The notes beneath the pieces are model-generated. The model searched no databases. It saw only the letters and a list, made by a program, of their open reading frames with translations, and was not told the DNA's origin. Below, one piece after another: positions 48,801 through 54,437 of a stretch of DNA of 64,000 bases. Source of the stretch: a virus (lineage: Duplodnaviria; Caudoviricetes); the IMG/VR virus record IMGVR_UViG_3300031993_000048, positions 13,602-77,601 of that record. One strand, 5' to 3'. Position 1 is the stretch's first letter, and every line of letters begins with the position of its first letter. Made by a program: the position numbers and the translations under genes.

Positions 48801-51800
48801 GCGCGTCCTCGACACCATGGCGAGCTGGTCGAAGATCTCGTCCGTCGGCTTCTCCGCGTTCTTCCAGATCGCGACCGCCTTCGAGTCCCCGACCGCCGCC
48901 GTCGGGTTCCTCCGCGCCCTCGCGGGCCAGGCCGAGTGGATCGGCAAGGCCGTCAGGAAGGCGACCGGCTCCGACGAGGTGTTCACCCGCGACCTCGTCC
49001 GGCTCCTCAACTCCAACGACCCGTTCGTGACGGAGGCGAGGGAGCTGTGCGACCTCGTCGGCATGCCGCTCGACCCGGCGCTCGACTTCACGAACGACCC
49101 GAACGACTCGAACCCCGTCCTCGGCCACGCGCAGGGCGTGAAGAGGCAGGTCGAGCAGGTCTCCGCGTTCGCGGAGCGCGCGCTCGGCAGGCGCGGCGGC
49201 AAGGCCGTCCGCAAGGCCCTCGAGTTCGGCTACCGCCACCCGACGGACTACACGTTCAACGTCGTCCTCAACGGCGTCAAGATGGCGGTCGTCATGCAGA
49301 CGGTCCGCCGCCTGCGCGAGGAGTGCCTGAAGGGCGGGCGCCCGTTCGACCTCGTGAAGGAGATGCGCAAGTACGGCGGCTACGTCAACGCCGAGATCGG
49401 CGGCATCGACCCCGCGCGCTACGCGTGGGCGACGCCCGGCATGCGCAAGCTCCTGTCGCTCGGCATGTTCTCGTGGCAGTGGACGGTCGGCGCGTGGAGC
49501 GCGGGCGGGGGCGAGGCGATCTCCGACCTCATATTCGGCGGGCACTCGTCCACGAAGGCGCTCCGCCGCCACGCGCTCCTGCGCTGGATCAGGATGTTCG
49601 GCATCGTGAAGTTCGGCGTGCCCGCCGTCCTCCAGGCCGGGATCAAGGTCCTCTCGATGCTGGGCCTCAAGGCGCTTCCGCCGGACCCCGACGACCCCGA
49701 GGACGGCCTCGAGCAGGAGGTCGACGAGATGCCGTGGTGGACGTTCAACAACGAGTCGAAGGCCGGCATGCTCGCGTTCGACGTGACCCCGCTCCTGAAG
49801 CTCGCGGCCCGCGTGCCGGGCATGAAGGAGATGAAGCGCGCGGACGTCCCGTACCTCTCGTGGGCGATCCCGGCGTACGTCGGCGGCGGGCGCAACACCA
49901 CCGGCAAGCGGCACTACTACATGCACTTCGGCAAGCAGTCGGACGAGTTCTGGCGCTGGTTCGAGAACCCGCTCGGGCAGTTCGTGTCGAAGCTCTCGAT
50001 CCCGCTCCAGAAGGGGCTCGAGGGATTCTTCGGAAGGCTCTCCCCGAACGGCTTCTCCAAGGGCTTCGCCGACAAGACGATGGTCGACCGGTGGTTCACG
50101 CTGTCGCTCGATCCCGACCAGTCGGCGCTCGCGAACTTCGTCCTCTCGCACTTCATGTCGTTCTCCGTGGAGGGCATGAAGGCGAACGCGGACGCCGGGT
50201 TCCTCGCCGCCGTGGGTCCGATGCGCATGGGGCAGTCGAAGCGCTCGACGATGCTCCGCATCGAGGACCGGCTCCAGCGCTTCGTCGAGGACGACCGCAC
50301 GGGCAACCCGTGGAGCAGCAGGAAGAACCGCCGCAAGTTCAACCTCATGTGCACGGACATCCTGCGCGAGGCGCAGCTGAACGGCGTGGACGTGACGACC
50401 ATCGTCTCCTCCGCCCTCGGCAACGTCGCGCACAGGGAGTACCAGAAGTTCTTCGAGGCGTTCCCGCCGAGCCTCGACGGGAAGCCGGACATCGAGAAGA
50501 TGCAGGACGCGCTGCGCGGCCTCACCCGCGTCGACCGCAAGGCGAAGGACATAAGGACGTGGGCCGTCGAGAAGTTCAAGGCCGCCGGCACGGACGTGAA
50601 GAGGAACAAGGCGTACTGGGCCGCGATGCGCGAGATGATCCGCGCCACGCAGGCGTCGCCCGTCGCGTTCGACTCGGCGGCGGCGGAGAGGCAGTTCGAC
50701 GCGTACCTCCTCCAGGCCGAGAAGGCGAAGAGGGCGACGCGGCTCGACGCGAACGGCGGCGAGGCGCTCTCCAACTTCCTCGCCACCGACGACGTGCCGG
50801 AGACGCTCTACGGCGTGGAGATCGTGACCGACGACCTCACCGAGGAGGACCGCGAGTTCTTCGAGGCGCACCCCGAGGCGGGCGGGTTCTACGACACGGA
50901 CGACGAGGGCGGAGGGGGCGAGCCCCCGACCGACGAGCCGCCTCCGACCGGCGCGTACAAGGGAGGCGACTCCCTTCTCGAGAAGGCGAGACGCCGGATC
51001 GGCGAGACGGGCGAGGTGCTCGACTTCGTCGGGGCCGGGGTCGAGCGCGCGCTCGCGAGGATCGCGGACAAGAACATCCCGGTCGTGAGCACGCTCGCCG
51101 ACGCCGTGGCGCAGCCCGCCGTGGTCGGCGCCCGGGCAGCCGTCGCGAACCTGACGAGCGGAGGCGGCAAGTACTACCGGCCGGAGACGCGTGACGAGAA
51201 GCACTTCTCGAAGGCCGCCCTGCGCGAGCTCGGCGAGTCCGTCAAGGGCATGCACGGGCGCGCGGCGGGCCGCGCCGACGGCATGGACAACGCCGCGCAG
51301 TTCAACCTCACGCAGACCGTCGGAGGATTCACCGTGAAGGACGGGGCCGTCACCGACAAGTTCGACATCAACCAGCGCTACCCCGGTGTGCCCGACGCGA
51401 TGACCTCCGTCGCCCGCGCCGTGCTGGGTCGCGAGGAGGATCCCGACGCCGGCAAGATAAGGACGTCGATCCCGCTGACCACGCTCGACCTCCACCTCGA
51501 CGCGAAGGGCGGCGAGACCGCGGACGACGAGTACGTCCGCCGGATCAACGCCGCCGTCGAGGACGCGATCCCGTTCGTGAAGGAACACGAGGGCTTCCGC
51601 GACAAGGCGTACCGGGACTCCGTCGGCAAGTGGACGATAGGCTACGGGCAGACGGAGATCGACGGACGCCCCGTCCGCGAGGACGACACGATAGACGAGG
51701 CCGCGGCCGCCGCGTTCGTCGCGGAGCGCATGAGGGAGAACGCCGTCGCGCTCCACAGGCAGAACCCGTGGACGCGGAACCTCTCGCAGGGCGCGCTCTC

Positions 51801-52011
51801 GGCGCTCTACGACGTCGCCTACAACCTCGGCGCGGGCGCGCTCTCGGAGAAGAGGTCGCCGAACCTCAACTACGAGGCGGGCTCCGCCGACATGGACTGG
51901 GATTCGATAGTGTGGCGCGAGCTTCCCACCTACGCCAGCGCGGGCGGGAAGCGCGTGCAGGGGCTCGTCAACCGGCGCAACGACGCCATAAGGAAATGGA
52001 GGACGCCATGA
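30877..52011 (+). CDS. Giant polyvalent virion protein (~7,044 aa): putative two-barrel RNA polymerase, zincin metallopeptidase and C-terminal GH24 lysozyme
   Basis: 21-kb ORF with uniform GC3-rich codons; AAGGAG RBS 9 nt before ATG 30877. Motifs: GSDMDGD (41389-41409), HRSP (41254-41265), FKKG (39577-39588), HEYYH (45037-45051) with downstream EEGAAEMF, and HEGFRDKAYRDSVGKWTIGYG...LVNRR (51586-51980). Confidence 0.85.
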   Translation: MPRNPFADPFTNPADAGESLFGRDGAMAPAMPRLVPAADEIADSSLSISSAPDPLAPRLDDDDDEPDVPQFQSPYKGQDLLSEPMDKEKGPTAFQRKEINWSDGGEDLTRPRRRNVAPSDWLEVDYLFGKKEGASGKPVEAANVFGRQFTRDELERDEDGRKLLGLMEFRRSGKVNEGGALANFGKGFSDWGTSDIPFYGWFADIGTTVGDAIEMSRTIRKLQDGGEVTPREAIRLRTHMLRQELESQRTMAHQVGSTVRSSVTLGAEILASSAIGAGIGAMFGGVGAPVGAAVGALFAPIRWLFGIGGTAAKAGARKVVNVGMKQLTAKMARDLTAAELKTIVRTGAATYGEEGVRSLLREGVKKGLRGRELYHSLAGELQYATRMSDPGRMAARALFSADYRLALEGGLRAAVEQKALAKTLVNATKDDIARLSVRERARLVNEGIRKMVANNEWKPFVQDFAKGVMVGDRTAAVDFVRKGVQEATGRTLVAPQYAQRILDIAASSVAKDMELAAGKLAFANPVRFFRYFGEHAARGLVQSEHGLFGGAPTIAHSGFTTFARGKDALKEGIGRVFIEAPIQGALQFVGGPLALSPIFAAASGYSPTDLTVKGQLGYQIDALIRGDREKMDTARQAALGSAFVEYASEAAGRGLGAMFGGAVATAVGKSPSAVAEGAKAMVTPVSRRIGSALDRAVKAVYGEGDLLKNGVEGFTGQASRALRGLTGRSGVKASVARAVQNRTIDGFDDATKTALARKGVKDWKGFQKFVAASAADGNRMRAGLNYFGLKLMERGMTPDRVVQFFRQAGYSGILEEMGEERVGDFMRGLFGFDDTASDATWKDKLRSMFSGITDFDQLATEFIAFAIPGAIRRGTISAQSWLANGAVGQARAAAQGLRYMTDLGRGKVYAAVGGVTQEDKERIERRPAESAAMRDGVLGTTKDNRSRMSANAAAMAANAAGIEQAVRDAGGLSEQGSSPDERAAYEAMLAPVLSAQGEGQMRAAMDELADEYLAAGDEATLERTMEQTGATAIFGEDGVDAIRREWRKGAGHEFSADSEIEASLADWKAFDAQSPTVSRREPGSVGEAVDDMCAQIAGMDRNASVTAGEEDRANGERDAMVADENARDVAVEDAMTLARYLGRGAVNSSREMSFGRRVMSRIVGMLGAASTGDLSLAATSPAAWLAQDEGVDKNLQMALLQCYSAGLMSGWAKMSAGQSEALRQAVGSVETAEELRQKLDALRRERRISDDIFDQLEEAGEETFRARVTEFMTAYMTASGVALVTRQDAVDMARSIVAKRHEKAGEAFERDEAWFAREDIAREVEAARSDVIDGVIATARNSLGYTTHRGAGDYGTYMTVDVAQAMKNGTSAEVLAAILDSPAFRGVARVQNVSGLSEHEREMAMSLLTSDVADLGAIAAIETEGEGNADRELTERELAEVNAAMRANPSDYTPEAFQNLARTFVRRVKLARENMRSTFSRLDDAGNRIVATIAPAAGGFAVVETDESTGATTRTEVAGSREDVEAQLASQGFALEEQRLVISQVKTFASSDATSLLFLRSGQDREAVRDIFKDSAGEIEDENVLPPWCRKERREPGGPLVWKYSDDQSDLAAEEFRRELALADEYERNGDSWMYYLAGTGASAKDRRARMAEAKKMHERVYGVSVEGASPTSGYESRARLELERLGIRRSSSVGTDLQQIGMPSDAYVMPVDAVNAKDVVVLTPDYFALGHGEALLRHGVRHALNAYVAGAGEEAELRNALLVEAYREFRGCIDDIVAEAETARGGRAEAKRLRAAYDELFPARADGLPSTLDLAKIASSSLFFSCDRGNYEDGNGFLHSAELSKAADRFRSTDIFMFFMSAVDEALGGKGLFDPARSSAGGLARYRAAFAPDFVKLREARKSAVFGGQSGEMKNPFVRGFRLRDGLTADEVRSGAGKWVVPDAAIGLKEPTSDRLRARDFDGKIGGYWGLYASSGQRFAQAYGSLTGERDAVLSSARAFEMARRSDLCGGETAGGTETRARMSDTVAPLAKRELRRLSETLSVADISPASLESAGQAMRSIATSLMAGAKDKARTEAALVREFEGWLLGRGVSKAIAAEMVAAFERATVRPIAKKTDEEAKNEEADAQNAETEEIENRESTNDPDNERRVGQFINDQNIMAVSGFLKFIMPAECGDSAPTFLRLRADLSRPEMYGELAGERASWKEDVDAFVRMLGVNSDLRNIDRALASNLVNLSSREDTDRMLDRVATLLWENGRRDYALAVAAIRNVDPANGERSKMLERLSQATAVTPMRLDRTGPAKPFGIDFIGSGARADVVPGVVASGYTSLSETVLKGMFKADGSLAKDAGAALAKVVAYVRSDSFASKRLAPILGTPVKVGFVHVTFDKALYETLEAVANGKGATTLAEYTDAVLAVADIIRARSAAAADVLDGILGAGSQYAHMLRSPYVLSEVVRVALSAYNMKRGTSYGRNLREAAVMKLVRLANYLVADPSQRGKVSWQTSVQRCSGIVEDLVVEPVEGLLLRLGVNPASTTLEADLAKALEGKDADWVRDTLRQMAKDKLATDMHLDCGANPAEAIRKRDKAGDKPWTGLNNAPTFVPGAYRSASNLDVLVEAYLAGAPRSSATLGGRAASAIEGAKNKSVQTLPSMLPGFVRFANSVLCQASGVTDELAGNGNRWRDRSNPIVSFVGAKDSGGRLLRRESVAGALRSAIDAENSDPEYVPTHVLVPFFRADKPACYALRIPVGTMRAMIEAAVGNEEVVRQLPADLAAVVEEVAKTKGEDLKGKEYVAYKKKFHQAAYALAASALGQSQIDPKRVPVLSSCGPLISTYVDRGEGTDPRAGCYFVSMVGGSTGASMMGGYITAGVLPSRVSGMGEGSWSQAQKLHMFSVKRGVNFKKGQASAIGLGFYADGRSDDRSRTNGEIVSNHAVRFAQRQGRRQLEALLSQEFKDAGLSGQNLLDPVPALEDGATDEQKAEHAELERIHDKAVDVANAFLANATIAVDDLETNKAGLFGSSCGVKVEKGATKIEVGGVTVAELADGKWRSSVPGFEFDFDGEGVKNGRALVMPVLAALAAKQGGRVDAAGIEGTWVRPDGSEFTGKLGDSGLLSEGETLACEIDKETGAARVVFFTRDMYGQVVASNANSSKASDHHVFPTNATRDHWMMEAITNATTPGGRNGSRRFIDAHAGYSLLRLATLAHNGELMRREMRRDQELVALLKAHPNDNQVRDAISDRARAFLEKQTLVGYYGNHGIMVPSGGKLVSGDEFAHTVEIEWAPGTTDYDRGCYKPATVYTREEAEAFGASRSWASGSVNADVEGFRYGLYFDEAALDSLLSQVAPDEQALARFARAGVDAAVAGRMARLAAFMEDLGGPLESQEQRTKRDALLACAYDYTGKKASENVRAKDIRFDDLFVRSWDGTTSFDYAAVDHEGRVSLHDGAKHLYLGGSVFHAHRSPSGNIAAACGTVRATCPYSFFPDGRIGRESKYALDPVTTATQGSDMDGDSASLQFYDYGAEDLVDAPAMRRFTDAVLGGADPFDVAKEMKWTVVQDGMEVVDPRVLRAVSRLVFSAQANNYREAATFHQGYTSVTALAGRKATGADFAVHYRENPPADGVFADYGFAGRHPVGTDAVFSEPFGAETLARFETLAGRKVLGRLSAEFKAKWFVEGKKMNKVLEAIVDEIRGKPKNSLLKMGEAADASDAASDSAKARGISVASQSTILRAIVTDLFGTGDRMTYDEAKGYSAVIDLIAHIDGVSNNLFDTLKKMFATRAGWTTSMLPFFLGRLAVDAREEAGRGGPVDSAFVLAEAAKFLEELTRVDGKIHTSATVAGRLASLLDPVRRDVAAARLAELYNGEQKDKGATVMTQYRGRPKTADEIINDFCRKRLEGEAYSMTRDAKAVYAAAYMTDAAHPVDESDYAVYDLVASSMDDSKALCRAVDYMKVAGKGLADVGRYALKAEGEETDETIARDPALRLQDLVVKGFSSQVANWLDSTENLQLVLDGQLGRRPWDFAAGSALRDNADRFVHLIGAVRGVDPALVRAIATKTTTEQVPQGGKVADRTVETASTETLLRRIATTVAVYGDLAATGRAKVPAIARLLSSIRVGDNGVSLSLSSRETSADIETLRAGFDLLAGQGGAKGYRIYERNEAGEAADTGLRVSGAELAKLLVLHASLTGTFGAAQDYVTQSNLPAVFGDARLRFLERCRHEILDTAEIASALGLAPVDVARTSAYDLFGDVEVIRTIGREQARDVELPYLREELAAAKKADDASRTRTVLRRGKAVKKGLEDGEEAFQSFRTYPALSVLRGAAGLTRYGAEVNNALEARLGPHDLYRRWMSDDPFAELTQDVPGPETVASAEIGFPVEEKSPRVDASAVDTSWADPLETRTAFRRPGETEDAYVFPRPALSEDGSRVVFSTDDMVDSLEKAYNGLLDALIDDSKSNEARAERKRLYNELNPTKKILTRRPDLVASDLADILSEAARRDADVYDALDKIGDRLAVHPDPRIAAAIDIANSRLGAEGRNGIARPSAPATRASFMGGATRARVEADPRSAFADRAERVAPGFTSQQMMSAKTAVVGAFEKAFDGAEVTEVQGKDGAETNLLKVTRRIANGRQIVTYVAIGSRMGDTLGMEAAADSIAALLNARNGGSLTGEAVIRAFGAANVARLADIMRRTGAQTGESDTTSLDFAPFMSGVIRLSDRADFTTLFHEYYHQMVAVYRKLGILDPDTERRLNEDFGGEEGAAEMFGRYLSGVEAGADDVELRDFMGADGLTDAHLRLFADFRRRAADIARGMFRGMDADGAAHFVALRIVQGEVTEEEALRIAEPSAADVENLERQLQGLESRPRLDVLTDEQMADAMSIREAALAALASGDAGAIRAAGLRTLAFFQKKTPSAPVSRTTDSEARDEERGERAEDVDISRVSGFIRRALLRYERDGMGEDFAESMRLYREFPVVGDAASGPNAALFYTVRSFIAHVAEAENISIYREDGSLTPAGEKLMSSETVGELAMRFVNNATQERRSQDRRQGVEWASSAWAFSRALESVAPGTYERYCALLARKSAEAFRRLGESLLARPGKTQDDIDAANEFIAKSGEIENFVRHVARGEDVRSLLPFDVESGGNLHGLFLAYFTGGARFQRDEEGEYLYPKGPVRPYSRELDHTSRLETGDPALDPLVDLAYNYAAQAFSVAEAARSYRRQVLGEGKDGEAADEERPEGVGETAGPASISSEEVSESTKGLEEALPPDAPLDVNASPAATAPSDFFAKVDTTLTTPEWILANPGKWLESDMQRNLSGASMRDMMTDHAVKAATERHYRLAMDWVQFFGMDTHVGDGVRKVEIVESRLGRNAQGDFSVSEGNAHSVMRFSQTRGALFGAFAWQEKRVGEALTTDDIRELHAVGRLVKLIANRQSADLLGIEIGHLAVPGAVEMLRRDDYADFLSRGRLLERVADSGYRLNALEDLLRRIVDDVPKSVLDAGFYDAVVGALRKAALRSGPGGAELPPEAVNENMLRALERAGVVHRSKGTGRAVVCVSAKRMLDAWNASDAKRKLRDAGRPEKMLNPYYWADRFARAAKDLNNVAAKSTYLTLGEGSRFTLAGTSRFWWHGGTGSHKFQVDAYQNAIRAFEGMSPSSVDVLRAKQSELFEIIEASRDPSVLRRQAFSKKGVSRLSDRELRYLAYLMGLTTRGDETRFDAAGFARDIAAGRYETFDRDLKVPCTIRRDATVLDIRLQIAELVSRKTFSENLSALTAEERQDYLNAQTAADELRETLSRDVPGRVTARSEMEEFDRTGRLGDSRTAAESLIEMCKELTTAERFRGCLAQMLAAVSADGTPSFVVAPTEAAVGVDRMPDEYWGALARHVARFLGRKIPTIGYDEGLSGAENMRRIHRQLSEGDQKLYGKMSASKYGGGRLFQGDILCRLDDRDAAGNVDEATRALGGEAACYMKQLLSALRAPTQSAAWRVLDTMASWSKISSVGFSAFFQIATAFESPTAAVGFLRALAGQAEWIGKAVRKATGSDEVFTRDLVRLLNSNDPFVTEARELCDLVGMPLDPALDFTNDPNDSNPVLGHAQGVKRQVEQVSAFAERALGRRGGKAVRKALEFGYRHPTDYTFNVVLNGVKMAVVMQTVRRLREECLKGGRPFDLVKEMRKYGGYVNAEIGGIDPARYAWATPGMRKLLSLGMFSWQWTVGAWSAGGGEAISDLIFGGHSSTKALRRHALLRWIRMFGIVKFGVPAVLQAGIKVLSMLGLKALPPDPDDPEDGLEQEVDEMPWWTFNNESKAGMLAFDVTPLLKLAARVPGMKEMKRADVPYLSWAIPAYVGGGRNTTGKRHYYMHFGKQSDEFWRWFENPLGQFVSKLSIPLQKGLEGFFGRLSPNGFSKGFADKTMVDRWFTLSLDPDQSALANFVLSHFMSFSVEGMKANADAGFLAAVGPMRMGQSKRSTMLRIEDRLQRFVEDDRTGNPWSSRKNRRKFNLMCTDILREAQLNGVDVTTIVSSALGNVAHREYQKFFEAFPPSLDGKPDIEKMQDALRGLTRVDRKAKDIRTWAVEKFKAAGTDVKRNKAYWAAMREMIRATQASPVAFDSAAAERQFDAYLLQAEKAKRATRLDANGGEALSNFLATDDVPETLYGVEIVTDDLTEEDREFFEAHPEAGGFYDTDDEGGGGEPPTDEPPPTGAYKGGDSLLEKARRRIGETGEVLDFVGAGVERALARIADKNIPVVSTLADAVAQPAVVGARAAVANLTSGGGKYYRPETRDEKHFSKAALRELGESVKGMHGRAAGRADGMDNAAQFNLTQTVGGFTVKDGAVTDKFDINQRYPGVPDAMTSVARAVLGREEDPDAGKIRTSIPLTTLDLHLDAKGGETADDEYVRRINAAVEDAIPFVKEHEGFRDKAYRDSVGKWTIGYGQTEIDGRPVREDDTIDEAAAAAFVAERMRENAVALHRQNPWTRNLSQGALSALYDVAYNLGAGALSEKRSPNLNYEAGSADMDWDSIVWRELPTYASAGGKRVQGLVNRRNDAIRKWRTP

Positions 52012-52586
52012 AAGCTCTCGCGCTTCTGCTGCTCTGCCCGCTCTGCCTCTTCGCGAAGACGTCGTACTACGACCTCGTGATGCTGCTGAAGGTCCCGGTC
52101 ATCCTGAACAACGCGCAGTCCCTCGGCTCGCGGCAGTACAGGCTCCAGCGCATCAGGGGCCGCGTGATCGTCGAGCACTTCCCGGACTCCGAGCCGGAGG
52201 TCTCGTTCGTCGACATGGTGAACAGGTCGCACAAATTGTCGAGCGGCGCGTACGTCACCTACAAGACGGTCGTGGACAAGGTCGGCTGGCACGCGGTCGG
52301 CAGCAACAAGACGGGCATATTCAGGAAGCCCTCGATATTCGTCTCCATCGAGGCGACGCCGAGCTACGCGCTCGCGGACGGGGAGGACAACACGCTCGTC
52401 GTCACGCTCTCCGGGAGCGGGACGAACGACAAGCGCGTGCACGGCTACGTCGCCGGACAGCTTGGCTGCGGATGCTACGCCTACGGGCACACGAGCCCGA
52501 CGAGGATCCTGGGGACCTGCACGGTCGTCGACACGGCGGCGGTGTGGGGCACGTTCACGATGAGAAAGACCATGGAGTGCGACTGA
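52008..52586 (+). CDS. Signal-peptide-bearing beta-rich protein (192 aa)
   Basis: ATGA overlap with the giant gene stop; MKALALLLLCPLCLFA signal; contains GCGC. Confidence 0.75.
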   Translation: MKALALLLLCPLCLFAKTSYYDLVMLLKVPVILNNAQSLGSRQYRLQRIRGRVIVEHFPDSEPEVSFVDMVNRSHKLSSGAYVTYKTVVDKVGWHAVGSNKTGIFRKPSIFVSIEATPSYALADGEDNTLVVTLSGSGTNDKRVHGYVAGQLGCGCYAYGHTSPTRILGTCTVVDTAAVWGTFTMRKTMECD

Positions 52587-52966
52587 TGGCAAGGATAGTC
52601 ATAAACCCGACGACGTTCAAGAACTCCAAGGATGCGCTGTGCGTCGCGTTCAACGAGCGCTTCCGCATAGCGATGGAGGAGTACGGGTGGGAGCCGCAGT
52701 CGGAGCCGACCGACGCGCAGCGGAAGTTCTTCTCGGACACCGCCTACGCGGACGACGAGGTCCAGCTGCGGCGCACCATCATAGCGAGAATACTGACGCT
52801 CGACACGAGCGTGAAGGACCCGACGGACGACCAGCTTCGCGAAGCCCTCGGGTTCCTGGACATGTTCGCGGAGCGCGAGCGGCCGTCGAACGACTGGGAG
52901 GCGAGCGCCATAGGGCGCCTGCGCGCCCTCGTCGAGGCGGCCGCGCCGAAGGAGGCGGAGGAATGA
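52586..52966 (+). CDS. Hypothetical helical protein (126 aa)
   Basis: TGATG overlap start; typical codon bias. Confidence 0.72.
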   Translation: MARIVINPTTFKNSKDALCVAFNERFRIAMEEYGWEPQSEPTDAQRKFFSDTAYADDEVQLRRTIIARILTLDTSVKDPTDDQLREALGFLDMFAERERPSNDWEASAIGRLRALVEAAAPKEAEE

Positions 52967-54429
52967 ACCCGGCGTACGTGATGAGAAGGAACGGGATGGG
53001 GGTCGCGTCCATCGTGTCGCACCCCGGCCCCACGCCCAGAGGCTTCAGGCAGTGCATGACGGGGCCGATACCGTTCAGCCCGTCGGTGCGGGTGGCGCCG
53101 CCGTTCCCCCGGGGCGCCGCGCAGGACGCGCCTGGCGGGGCGCCGCAGACGGGCCCGATCGACGTCAGCAGGGTCCTCGAGGGCATATCGTTCGACATGA
53201 ACTCGACCGACTGGGAGGCGCGCGAGACGTTCGCCGCGATCCTCCGGCGGCTCGGCGGGACGGTCACGGACGGCTCCGGCGGCGTTACGATGTGGGGCGG
53301 ACGGAGCGGCGGAGGCCCGCTCTCGCTCGACGTGAACGACCTGAACCTCCCCGACGACGCGTCGCAGCGCACGGTCCGCGAGACGCTCCAGACGCTCATC
53401 GCCCGCGTGAAGGCGGCGACGGCGTGCGTCGCGGCGGCCCTGGCCCTCTCGTCCTCCGGCGTGCAGTGGCAGGACGTGAACCCGACGCAGGACGTGGCGA
53501 CGGCCGTCGCGGAGACCGCGAGGGCCGACGTGGACGGGACGTTCGTCGACGCCTACGGGGAGGACGCGAACGTCGCCGTGGAGCTCGGGCGGAACGCGAG
53601 GGCCGCGGTCTCCGCCGACGTCCCCGCCGGGACCGTGGGACGGTCGGTGTCGGTCGCCATCGGGGCGCACGCCGACGCGACCGTCTCGGACGGGTCGACG
53701 AAGAACCAGGCGATCGCGATAGGCTGGCACGCGCAGGCGAAGGCGTCGAACGCGATCGCGATAGGGAGCGGGGCGCAGCATCCGCACGAGACCGCCGAGA
53801 CGGGCGACGCGACCGTGGCGTCCGCCAGCGAGGCGATGGCGTTCGGCTACGGCGCGAAGGCGACGGCGCAGCGCGCCGTGCAGCTCGCGAAGGGCGTGAA
53901 CTCCTCGTCCGACACCTTGCAGTTCCGCGGATGGACGGTCGTGGGGGCGGACGGGAAGATCCCGGAGGGGCGCCTTCCCGCCGCGACCGTGCCCGAGCGC
54001 CTCGTCCGTCCCGGCGCCACGTCCTACGTGGCGGACGGCGGGACCGACAAGACGCTCGAGCCCGTGTTCGGAGGGACGACGGAGATCGGGATCGAATCCT
54101 CGAACGGCACGTACCGCGCCGGGAACGAGGTGTCGGTCGACCCTCCCCTCGGGAGCCGGAACTTCGACCTCGTCCTTCCCGCGCCCCCGCAGTTCGTGCA
54201 TAGGAACGGCACGGACGTCGAGCCCGGGGACAACTTCGGGATCGACCTCTCCGAGCTGCCCGCCGGGATCGTCCCCGTCGCCCGGTGCGCCCCGTCGTGC
54301 GGGTACGTCGCCGGGGCGTGGGTCGCCATCACCGGCGCGACGCCCGTCGTCGTGAAGGTGCGGCAGACGTCCCCGACGAGGCTCTACTGCGTCGTCAAGC
54401 CCTTCGACCCCGAAACCGCCTTCGACTGA
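52963..54429 (+). CDS. Tail fibre/adhesin-like protein with YadA-head-like repeats (488 aa)
   Basis: AIGAHADA, AIAIGWHAQAKASNAIAIGSGA and AMAFGYGAKATAQRAVQL repeats; ATGA overlap start. Confidence 0.7.
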   Translation: MNPAYVMRRNGMGVASIVSHPGPTPRGFRQCMTGPIPFSPSVRVAPPFPRGAAQDAPGGAPQTGPIDVSRVLEGISFDMNSTDWEARETFAAILRRLGGTVTDGSGGVTMWGGRSGGGPLSLDVNDLNLPDDASQRTVRETLQTLIARVKAATACVAAALALSSSGVQWQDVNPTQDVATAVAETARADVDGTFVDAYGEDANVAVELGRNARAAVSADVPAGTVGRSVSVAIGAHADATVSDGSTKNQAIAIGWHAQAKASNAIAIGSGAQHPHETAETGDATVASASEAMAFGYGAKATAQRAVQLAKGVNSSSDTLQFRGWTVVGADGKIPEGRLPAATVPERLVRPGATSYVADGGTDKTLEPVFGGTTEIGIESSNGTYRAGNEVSVDPPLGSRNFDLVLPAPPQFVHRNGTDVEPGDNFGIDLSELPAGIVPVARCAPSCGYVAGAWVAITGATPVVVKVRQTSPTRLYCVVKPFDPETAFD

Positions 54430-54437
54430 AAGGAGAC

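Noticed and set aside
32244-51194. 6,316-aa ORF in an alternative + frame overlapping the giant gene
   Set aside because: It starts on the third codon position of the real gene. Because that base is almost always G/C, T-initial stop codons cannot arise. The translation is Arg/Gly/Pro-rich shadow sequence.
37021-51756. 4,911-aa antisense ORF, and similar ones such as 30796-36396, 21858-25340 and 7520-11335
   Set aside because: These are in-register antisense shadows. Stops need TTA/CTA/TCA sense codons, which are rare in this GC3-rich code; the ORF ends exactly at a rare TCA Ser codon at 37021.
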